Source: Candidatus Pacebacteria bacterium UBA6180 (lineage in GTDB: Bacteria > Patescibacteriota > Microgenomatia > UBA1400 > PJMF01). From it: a stretch of 64,000 bases of DNA. The notes under the pieces were generated by a model. It had not been told where the DNA came from. It ran no database searches and saw nothing but the letters and a program-made list of their open reading frames with translations. The DNA is taken from NCBI GenBank assembly GCA_002422165.1, contig DITQ01000008.1, positions 125,082-189,081 of the forward strand, written 5' to 3'. Within the stretch, counting starts at the first letter, position 1, and every line of letters begins with the position of its first letter. Shown piece by piece: positions 56,870 through 64,000 of this stretch. Position numbers and translations under genes: made by a program.

Positions 56870-57816
56870 ACAATCCGCTCTGGCTACTCATCAAATCTGC
56901 CCGCCCCAAGCAGTGGCTAAAAAATTTTGCCCTTTACGCTGCGCTAGTTTTTTCTGGCTTTTTCTTCTATCAGGAGGCTGGGCAAGCACCTTATTTCGTG
57001 ATCGTCACCTACGCTTTTTTGATTTTTTGTGTCCTGACTTCAAGTATTTACTTAATCAATGATCTGATCGATATCGAATCGGACCGCAAACACCCTTTCA
57101 AGAAAAACCGCCCTTTGGCCGCTGGCAGTTTGCCCGTACCCATCGCCGTTTTTAGCGTGGTCACTGGCTTGGCGATAGTTTTTTTTCTGTCTCTGAATTT
57201 GCCGGTTTTCTTCAAAATCTTAGCTTTTGCTTACTTCATCTTGCAAATTCTCTACTCGACCCATCTTAAAAATTATGCCATTTTTGACATTGTGGCCATT
57301 GCCCTAGGCTTCTTGATCCGCGTCTACGCCGGTGCAGTAGTGGTCAATTTGCACATGAACGTCTGGTTTTTGCTAACGGTGGTATCTGTGTCGCTCTTCA
57401 TGGCTGTGGGCAAGCGGCAAAGTGAACGCACCTTGCTTAGCAGTAGCCACGTCGAGTTTGCCCGCAAGAGCCTCGATCGTTATAGTCCGCGCCTGCTCGA
57501 CCAGTATACTTCGATGTTCGCCACCTCGACTTGGCTAACTTACGCCATTTTCACCTTCCAAAGCTATACTGGTAGCGTTAACTTACTCTACGAGAAATTT
57601 CCCGAGCTCTACTTCATCTTGCCAAAAACTCTCCAGTCACAAAAGCTACTGATGCTGACTTTGCCCTTCGTAATTGTCGGGGTGATGCGCTATTTGCAGC
57701 TGATTTATGAAGAAAATAAAGGCGAGGCTCCAGAGGATGTCCTACTCAAGGATCGAACTTTGCTAACCACGGTCTTTCTGTGGTTTGCGGCAGTGATTTT
57801 TGTAATATATGCTTGA
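56866..57816 (+). CDS. UbiA-family decaprenyl-phosphate phosphoribosyltransferase-like protein
   Basis: RPKQWLKN, YLINDLIDIESDRKHPFKKNRPLAAG, GFLIRVYAG, GKRQSE, RYL...GEAPE. Confidence 0.85.
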   Translation: MNNPLWLLIKSARPKQWLKNFALYAALVFSGFFFYQEAGQAPYFVIVTYAFLIFCVLTSSIYLINDLIDIESDRKHPFKKNRPLAAGSLPVPIAVFSVVTGLAIVFFLSLNLPVFFKILAFAYFILQILYSTHLKNYAIFDIVAIALGFLIRVYAGAVVVNLHMNVWFLLTVVSVSLFMAVGKRQSERTLLSSSHVEFARKSLDRYSPRLLDQYTSMFATSTWLTYAIFTFQSYTGSVNLLYEKFPELYFILPKTLQSQKLLMLTLPFVIVGVMRYLQLIYEENKGEAPEDVLLKDRTLLTTVFLWFAAVIFVIYA

Positions 57817-57979
57817 AGAAAATAATTTGTTTCACTCAAGATCACGTTCGACTGAAATTAAAGCTTTCCTCAATTAACGATCTTCTTCTCACTCGATGAA
57901 GTCGCTGTCTATAATCAACTCAACAGTTAATCTTACAGTTCAGCTCCTTCAACGGACTTGAGAGAAACAAATTTTTTCT
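57817..57979. ncRNA. 163-nt rod-like inverted-repeat element (6S RNA or MITE candidate)
   Basis: AGAAAATAATTTGTTTCACTCAAG (57817-57840) pairs with CTTGAGAGAAACAAATTTTTTCT (57957-57979); nested CGTT/AACG, CTGAA/TTCAG, ATTAAC/GTTAAT. Confidence 0.45.
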
Positions 57980-58105
57980 AAGAATCAGTAAATCAAACGG
58001 GTCGGAATTTAGACAAATTGCTGCCAAATTAATTAAAATCTGCTTCTCCAACAGACTTTATTGGAGTGTATTTTTACCTATTTTTTCACTTAGGCAAATT
58101 GTTCT

Positions 58106-59047
58106 CTAATGATCAAGCAACCAATGTTCCACATCCAAGGCGGCCTGGGTGCCCATGCCGGCGGAAACAATGGCTTGGCGGTAACGGTGGTCAGCAACGT
58201 CGCCAGCGGCGAAAACGCCTTCGACTGAGGTTTGGGTGGAATAAATGTCGTGAGACAAGAGTTCGATATAGCCTGCTTTGTCCAGATTCAGCTGGTCGAC
58301 AAACAAACTAGTATTAGGCTTGTGACCGATAGCGAGAAAAACGCCCTCTGCCGACAACTCTCGGACTTGACCATTTTCTTCTACTTTGATGCCAGTAATA
58401 TTCTTGCCGTCGCCAAGAACTTCTCGAAGTTGAGTGTTCCACATTATTTTGACATTGGGATTATTTAAAATGCGTTCCTGCATGATTTTACTAGCCCTGA
58501 AAGCGTCGCCGCGGTGAATAATAGTCACTTGCTTGGTGAATTTGGTCAAAGCCATAGTGTCTTCCATGGCAGAGTCGCCACCACCAATGACGTAGACGTT
58601 TTTATCGACATAAAAAGCAGCGTCACAAACTGCACAAGTGCTGACGCCGCGACCAAAATACTCCTTCTCACCAGGCACACCCAGCATGATGCTGCTGGCA
58701 CCACTAGCGATGATCAGGGCATCTGCCTCGTAGGCCGCTTCGTTTTTTTCTGGATCAGCATTCCAAAGTTTAAAAGGCCGCTGACTCAAATCCACCTTAG
58801 TGATGTGCTCGTACTTAAGCTCTGTACCGAAGCGAGTGGCTTGCTTCTGCATGTCCATCATCAGGGCTGGACCTGCTTTGCCCTCAGGAAAACCAGGGAA
58901 ATTCTCGATGTCGCTGGTGTACATCAGTTGCCCACCAATTTCCAAGCCCGCAAACAGAGTCGTCTGGATGCGCGCCCGAGAAGTGTAAATGGCGGCGGTC
59001 AGTCCAGCTGGACCAGAACCAATAATGGCGAGTTTAAGTTTTTGCAT
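58106..59047 (-). CDS. trxB: Thioredoxin-disulfide reductase
   Basis: GSGPAG, GGQL, ENFPGF, CAVCD, GGGDSA, HRGDAFRA, FAAGD. Confidence 0.97.
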   Translation of the reverse strand: MQKLKLAIIGSGPAGLTAAIYTSRARIQTTLFAGLEIGGQLMYTSDIENFPGFPEGKAGPALMMDMQKQATRFGTELKYEHITKVDLSQRPFKLWNADPEKNEAAYEADALIIASGASSIMLGVPGEKEYFGRGVSTCAVCDAAFYVDKNVYVIGGGDSAMEDTMALTKFTKQVTIIHRGDAFRASKIMQERILNNPNVKIMWNTQLREVLGDGKNITGIKVEENGQVRELSAEGVFLAIGHKPNTSLFVDQLNLDKAGYIELLSHDIYSTQTSVEGVFAAGDVADHRYRQAIVSAGMGTQAALDVEHWLLDH

Positions 59048-59072
59048 AATTTGATTTTACTCTAGATTTGGT

Positions 59073-59396
59073 TTAGGCCAAAGCTTTATCAACCATGGCT
59101 TTGAGGCCATCTGGGCCAGGGTAGCCAACTTGACGGTCGACTTCTTGACCATCTTTGAAAACCACGAAAGTGGGAATGCTCATCACCCCATACTTCATGG
59201 CTGGCTCGCGAGCTTGATCGACGTCAACTTTGACAATGCTGGCTTTGCCTTCATAGTCTCCTGCCATCTGATCGACGACCGGCGCTGACATCTGACAAGG
59301 ACCACACCAGACCGCAAAAAAGTCGACCAAAACGACCCCCTTGGCTTCTTCGACCTGCTTAGCAAAATTTTCACTAGTTAAATGTACTGCTGACAT
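59073..59396 (-). CDS. trxA: Thioredoxin
   Basis: VLVDFFAVWCGPC, SIPT. Confidence 0.97.
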   Translation of the reverse strand: MSAVHLTSENFAKQVEEAKGVVLVDFFAVWCGPCQMSAPVVDQMAGDYEGKASIVKVDVDQAREPAMKYGVMSIPTFVVFKDGQEVDRQVGYPGPDGLKAMVDKALA

Positions 59397-59432
59397 TTTT
59401 ATCTTTCTTTAGACCAACTTCTGGCCCATAAT

Positions 59433-59678
59433 TTAATAACGCAAGAGCTCTTTGAGGACTAAGTTGAGTTGAGCGCGGTTTTCATCTTTAGAACAGACGC
59501 CCGCTTCACCAGTCAAAATATCCCGAGCCACCGTGCCGACAGAGTTGCGAACTGCAGCCAACTGTCGAGCAATCTCGACGCAGGGTCGCTTTTCTTCATA
59601 CATCTTGATGATGCCATCCACTTGCCCGCGAATGCGGTTGAGGGAAGCGACAACTGGATCTTTTTTGAGGCCTTGCAT
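59433..59678 (-). CDS. CsoR/RcnR-family transcriptional regulator (CstR-like fingerprint)
   Basis: LNRIRGQVDGIIKM...RPCVEIARQLAAVR...GEAGVC. Confidence 0.9.
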   Translation of the reverse strand: MQGLKKDPVVASLNRIRGQVDGIIKMYEEKRPCVEIARQLAAVRNSVGTVARDILTGEAGVCSKDENRAQLNLVLKELLRY

Positions 59679-59706
59679 AATTAGTATTTAATAATTTTTC
59701 TATAAT

Positions 59707-59723
59707 ATACCCTATGGGGGTAT
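59707..59723. promoter_or_regulatory. CsoR-family operator, largely within the promoter spacer
   Basis: ATACCC-TATGG-GGGTAT inverted repeat with G/C tracts; on the minus strand it follows TTGTCA and runs up to the TATATT/TATTAT box. Confidence 0.8.
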
Positions 59724-59741
59724 GTTGACAAGGGGCAAATT

Positions 59742-61562
59742 CTAGCCAAGTTTCTTGATTATTGCCTGTTTCTGGACAATTTCAGTCAAAAGCTGATCAA
59801 GGCGAGCTTCTTCCTCACTACTTCGCTCAAGACTGCTATCTAGCTTGCTAATCTCTTCGTTTATACTAGCAATTTCCCGTCGCAAAGCTTCTTTTTTGAT
59901 CATGGTCAGGGTGGTGAGCCATTCTTTTTCCAGATCTTGATCTTTGGCATTTTTTTCGTACTCAGGATTAAGCAGAGCATCCATTAGGGCTTTCTTGAGG
60001 TCTTCAGCCAAGGCGCTGGAGAAGCTTTGCAAACTAAATTTACCTTTGACTAAGAGGAGGCGCTCGATGATTTGCTTGAAACCCAGACTGGAAAAGTTAA
60101 AATCGCTCAGCGTACCAGCTCGCTCCTGAATTTTATCTGGTTCGAAACTAAACAGCAAAAAGAGCAAATATTCTTCGTTACGCTGCTGGTAAGTTTTGAG
60201 AGTGGGCTTACTGGCTGAAACTTCTTCTGGAGTGGTGGAAGTTGCAGCACCAGCCTTAATTTGTCCAAATTTGCTGATATCGGCCTTAAGCAGCGACTCC
60301 TTGACGTTGAGGGCGACAGACAGTTTTTGCAGGTAAAATTCTTTCTCGACGCTATGCTCAATTCCCTCAAGAATGGGAGCTAAATAGTTGATGATTTTGC
60401 GCTTGCCCTCGGCAGTCTTGGGGTCGAAAGCGTCCAGAGCGTGATTAATCAGAAATTCGTAAACCGACACCGCCCCTTCGACGGCTTGACGCCAGACTTT
60501 GGGCTGCTCTCGAGCCAGTTCGTCGGGGTCTTTGATCTTATCCGCCTCAGCTAGCAAAGTCGAGTGCTTGAGGTCAATGACTTTGAGATCGATACCCTTG
60601 GCGCGAACGATATCGATAGCGCGCTCAGTAGCTTTGACCCCAGCAGCATCCGCATCAAGAGCCAGGATGATGGTTTGTACCACTCTGGAGAGTAAATTAA
60701 CCTGGTCAACAGTCAGAGCCGAGCCCTTGATCGCCACCACGTGGTTGACGTGGGCCTGGGCAGAAGAAATCATGTCAAACTCGCCCTCGACCACCACCAC
60801 TTGTTCCTTCTTCTTGATCTCACGAAAAAGCTCGCTGTAACCGTAAAGCATCTTGGACTTGTGATAAAGCGAAGTTTCCGGCGAATTGATATACTTGGCT
60901 TCCTTGGGTGATTGACTGAGGAGACGACCAGAAAAACCAACCACCTGACCACGGTGGTTTTTGAGGGGAAAAATCAAGCGCTCGCGAAAACGATCGTAAT
61001 AGCCACCATTGCGACCTTTGATAATCAGGCCAGTTTTCTCGATCAGTTCCAGCGGATATTTTTTCTTATGGTGCAGGTACTTGAGCAACGAATCCCAAGC
61101 GTTGGTGGCGAAGCCCAGCTGAAAAAGCTTGATCGACTCGCTGGTAGTACCCCGCTGTTTAAGGTAATCACGGCCAACCTGGCCAACCTGGTGCTCCATT
61201 AGTAAGAAGTGGTAATACTCCTTGGCTAAACTAAGAATTTCCAGGAGCTTCTCTCGCTCCTCGTCCTCGCCGCTTCTTTGAAAATCCTGGAGAGTGATGC
61301 CTGAGCGATCAGCCAGACTCTTAAGTGCTTCGTAGAAAGTCACGCCCTCGAAGTTCTGTAGGAAGTCCAAGACATCACCGTTAGCGCCACAGCCAAAACA
61401 GCGGTAACGCTGCAGGGAAGGATTGACGAAAAAAGAGGGTGTTTTCTCCGAGTGAAAAGGGCAACAAGCCTTGTAATTGAGGCCACCGACATCGAGCTTG
61501 ATGCGCTCGCCAATCACCTCGACGATGTTGTTGGCTTCTTTGACGGTGCGTATTTGCGACAT
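59742..61562 (-). CDS. dnaG: DNA primase
   Basis: CPFHSEKTPSF...CFGC, DRFRER, KYINSPET, VEGEFD, DADAAG, KDPDE. Confidence 0.97.
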   Translation of the reverse strand: MSQIRTVKEANNIVEVIGERIKLDVGGLNYKACCPFHSEKTPSFFVNPSLQRYRCFGCGANGDVLDFLQNFEGVTFYEALKSLADRSGITLQDFQRSGEDEEREKLLEILSLAKEYYHFLLMEHQVGQVGRDYLKQRGTTSESIKLFQLGFATNAWDSLLKYLHHKKKYPLELIEKTGLIIKGRNGGYYDRFRERLIFPLKNHRGQVVGFSGRLLSQSPKEAKYINSPETSLYHKSKMLYGYSELFREIKKKEQVVVVEGEFDMISSAQAHVNHVVAIKGSALTVDQVNLLSRVVQTIILALDADAAGVKATERAIDIVRAKGIDLKVIDLKHSTLLAEADKIKDPDELAREQPKVWRQAVEGAVSVYEFLINHALDAFDPKTAEGKRKIINYLAPILEGIEHSVEKEFYLQKLSVALNVKESLLKADISKFGQIKAGAATSTTPEEVSASKPTLKTYQQRNEEYLLFLLFSFEPDKIQERAGTLSDFNFSSLGFKQIIERLLLVKGKFSLQSFSSALAEDLKKALMDALLNPEYEKNAKDQDLEKEWLTTLTMIKKEALRREIASINEEISKLDSSLERSSEEEARLDQLLTEIVQKQAIIKKLG

Positions 61563-61572
61563 AATTTGCGTA

Positions 61573-61633
61573 GAGAGACATGACGCGATCTGCGATCAGA
61601 CGCCCCAGATGGGGCGAACTGGCCCAATCTCTC
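61573..61633 (-). promoter_or_regulatory. Structured RNA leader upstream of dnaG
   Basis: Minus GAGAGAT/GTCTCTC closing stem enclosing CGCCCC-ATCT-GGGGCG and GATC-GCA-GATC; ends 10 nt before ATG. Confidence 0.45.
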
Positions 61634-61915
61634 AAGGGAGTTATCTCATTTTTCGAAGGAAAAAGCAAGGTAGGGCGCAGGGGTTTGGGAGAAAAGTAGT
61701 ATGTGTAAAATTTGCACCAGTTGTTTCCAAAATGGAAAATACATAAAAACCCAGCTAGAAAGAGCTTTGATCACCTAAATAATTAACGCATTTTATGACA
61801 AATTATTTAGTAAACTAAAATAGCCGTGAAAAACTATTCTAACCTGGTGAATATTGATCCGTTTATAATGTTTGAAAATTAGGAGAAATAACCAATTAAA
61901 TATGGTCTATCTTTT

Positions 61916-62983
61916 TCACGACTTTTTCACTAAAGAGACAAGCAATCGCTCATATTTTTTTGCTGTCTGTTTCCAGAGATATTTTCCCAAAATTCTTTCC
62001 TTAAGCTTACTACTCATCATCTTTGCTTTATCTTGATTTCTCAACAAACTCTCAATGCCAGCTTTAACACTTTCATCCGTCGGTTCAACTAATAAACCTG
62101 AAACACCATCTTTAATTATTTCTCTAGTGCCTCCCACATTTGTCGCCACTACTGCACAGGAAGCCAAACCAGCTTCTAGCAAAATTGTTGGCAAACCCTC
62201 GTGATGAGTTGATGGGTGTACAAAAATTGTCGTTTGCTGCAATAAATCCATAACTCGCTGATGTGAAACTCCACCAACTCGCTCAAAAACGACTTCTTTA
62301 TAAAGTGGCTTGAGTTCTTTAGCAACTTGATCAAAAAAACTCGCTCCCTTGGCAGCAATGTTTCGACCAATAAATCTAACGCTAATTTTGGAATTTTTAG
62401 GTTTTTTGTCGATCAACAAAGACTCGCTGACACTATTTGTAATTACCGCTATTTTTCCAGCATTGCCAATTTGCTTAATCCAAAAATCTTTAGTAGCCTG
62501 ACTGACTACGGTAATTTGATCATAAACTTTACTAAGCAAAGGCATTAACAATAAATCAATTAACTTGGCAATCAATTTGACTACTGCATTTTTGTGTTGT
62601 GGGTGACTAGCGCAGTGATCTGTCAAAATTGACTTAGCACCCAAATATTTGGCTGCCAAAAAACCCCACCAGGCTGTGTCAAAAAAACGCGTGTGAGCAT
62701 TCACCAAATCATATTGATTGGCCTTTAGTTTTTTAAGCAGCTGGTAAAGCTCGAGATAGTTGGGCAAGGCAAATTGACCTGGCAAAATCTCCCAACACCC
62801 CACTCGGTAGATGTTAAAACCTCGGTAGCGCTCAAGTTTTGAGCTTTGGTTGGTGTTGTAAGTCAAGACATCTACATTTACATTCTTGTTTTGTCTCATC
62901 AATTCGCCATACAACTCTTCGATATAGCGCTCACTTCCTCCAAGGTGCGGGTGGAAATATGGAGTTAAGACTAAGATTTTCAT
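61916..62983 (-). CDS. Glycosyltransferase family 4
   Basis: PYFHPHLGGSE, FIGR...KG, HEGLPTILLEAG, TNVGG. Confidence 0.9.
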   Translation of the reverse strand: MKILVLTPYFHPHLGGSERYIEELYGELMRQNKNVNVDVLTYNTNQSSKLERYRGFNIYRVGCWEILPGQFALPNYLELYQLLKKLKANQYDLVNAHTRFFDTAWWGFLAAKYLGAKSILTDHCASHPQHKNAVVKLIAKLIDLLLMPLLSKVYDQITVVSQATKDFWIKQIGNAGKIAVITNSVSESLLIDKKPKNSKISVRFIGRNIAAKGASFFDQVAKELKPLYKEVVFERVGGVSHQRVMDLLQQTTIFVHPSTHHEGLPTILLEAGLASCAVVATNVGGTREIIKDGVSGLLVEPTDESVKAGIESLLRNQDKAKMMSSKLKERILGKYLWKQTAKKYERLLVSLVKKS

Positions 62984-63735
62984 GCCCCCACCTCTCTGCT
63001 AAGTTTCCAAGATTTATTTGCGCTAGCGAAAAGAGCTGACCATAAGGTTTGTAGTCGGTAAGTCAAAATAAACCACAAATGCTCTAAGCCCGTCAGCACC
63101 AATTTTTGTTTACTCTGGCCAAATTCGCGTTCGTAATGATGAATGTGAAACTCATCCAAAGCAAGATCTTGATTTAAAGCTGCAGCTAGTTTGATTTCTG
63201 GCGAGAGATTCCAACCGCCTTGCTTTAAATGTAATTTGCCAAGCGCAGGCTTTCTAATCACCCACATACCACTGAGTATATCGCTTAGCGCTCTGCCATA
63301 TAAGAGTCTGACTTCACTGTTGAGCACCCAAACTCCAGCCTGGCGCCAAAGCGAAATCGCTTGTCCATCAACTAGAGGAAAGCGACTACACAAAACCATG
63401 TCGAGGCAATTTTTCTGCAAAAATTTTACTGCCTCTGCGACTTGGTCGAGTGGATAAGTGCCATCGCCATCCAAAGTCACAATGATTTCATGCGTGGCTG
63501 CTTTCATTCCCTTCACTAGCGAATAACCGTAGCCAATGCCTAATTTATCGACTCTAGGCTCTTTAATGACTCGTGCGCCAGCTTTTTTAGCTACCAATGC
63601 TGTTTTGTCAGTTGACTGATTGTCAACAACGATAACTTCAGCGGCTATTTGGAGGGCACGTTGAACTAAATGGCCGATGCCCTCTGCTTCATTGCGGCAA
63701 GGAATGATCAAAGAGATGTTGAGTTTATTTTTCAT
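62980..63735 (-). CDS. GT2 polyprenol-phosphate glycosyltransferase (DPM-like)
   Basis: SLIIPCRNE, VDNQSTD, GYG, LDGDGTYP, DILSGM, REFGQSK. Start set at MKNKLN (63735). Confidence 0.85.
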   Translation of the reverse strand: MKNKLNISLIIPCRNEAEGIGHLVQRALQIAAEVIVVDNQSTDKTALVAKKAGARVIKEPRVDKLGIGYGYSLVKGMKAATHEIIVTLDGDGTYPLDQVAEAVKFLQKNCLDMVLCSRFPLVDGQAISLWRQAGVWVLNSEVRLLYGRALSDILSGMWVIRKPALGKLHLKQGGWNLSPEIKLAAALNQDLALDEFHIHHYEREFGQSKQKLVLTGLEHLWFILTYRLQTLWSALFASANKSWKLSREVGA

Positions 63736-64000
63736 CTTGCACCTCCCAAATAGCCATTGCTCCATTCTGATAAACCAGCTTTAGGCCATCTCTCTGGCTG
63801 ATCTGCCTGATCAACTCTCCATCTGTAAGCGACAAAATAACTGGCGACCACACGTTATAAGCAAATGATTGCCACGCTTCATCGTTGGCGCGAGCCCAAG
63901 CCATACTACGGCCAGAAACGACTAGAAGTTGCGCTTCGCTGTCACCAAGATCAGTCAATTCTCTGGCTGCTGCGGCTATTTTGCTAGCATTTCTCGAGTA
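63725..64000 (-). CDS. C-terminal end of a protein starting beyond the window
   Basis: Frame is open from base 64000 (YSRNASK...LVYQNGAMAIWEVQDEK*) and overlaps the next start, as in an operon. Confidence 0.6.
   Translation of the reverse strand, partial: YSRNASKIAAAARELTDLGDSEAQLLVVSGRSMAWARANDEAWQSFAYNVWSPVILSLTDGELIRQISQRDGLKLVYQNGAMAIWEVQDEK

Noticed and set aside
3189-57186. Phase variation at 8-nt homopolymers in glycosyltransferase genes
   Set aside because: A8/T8 runs are common in Lys/Phe-rich coding here and all frames are intact. Only the A10 in dnaX has positional support.
58514-59065. 183-aa plus-strand ORF
   Set aside because: Antisense shadow of trxB.
1-64000. CRISPR array, IS elements, rRNA, alternative genetic code
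   Set aside because: No regularly spaced repeats, transposase motifs or rRNA-like sequence. Genes end normally at TGA and read full length under code 11.

Overview
A gene-dense bacterial chromosomal window (standard code). It is most likely from a CPR/Patescibacteria genome (Microgenomates-like). That assignment is an inference from the truncated synthetases, the huge glycosyltransferase load, the CPR-type hypothetical proteins and the near-leaderless genes. About half the window (1.4-31.5 kb, 52.3-57.8 kb, 61.9-64 kb) encodes envelope-glycan assembly: ten multi-TM GT-C-fold transferases, four polyprenol-phosphate-sugar synthase-type GT2s, a UbiA-family prenyl-phosphate phosphoribosyltransferase, WecA/TagO, a Wzx-type flippase, an LCP ligase, and rmlB/rmlD, ugd, gmd/rmd. 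The rest is housekeeping: argS, trmD, tRNA-Gln(CTG), fbaB, rdgB, ybaB, dnaX, ybeY, gltX, a DD-carboxypeptidase, ktrAB, aspS, rmuC, metG, tatD, trxAB and dnaG. No CRISPR array, transposase or integrase was seen. The most interesting signals are outside the ORF track. (1) A minus-strand unit at 46.4-46.9 kb runs from a promoter to a leaderless 25-codon leader with terminator/antiterminator, then a multi-hairpin RNA, a strong SD, a 34-aa hydrophobic plus CCHC zinc-knuckle peptide, a GNRA hairpin and an anti-SD tail. (2) dnaX has an A10 slippery run with immediate stops in both shifted frames, and this DnaX has lost its Zn-binding cysteines. (3) A CsoR/CstR-like regulator with its own operator precedes trxA-trxB. 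(4) A degenerate kinase ATPase domain is paired with an Asp-to-Glu OmpR-type regulator. (5) There is a 163-nt rod-like inverted repeat (6S RNA or MITE candidate) and a structured dnaG leader.
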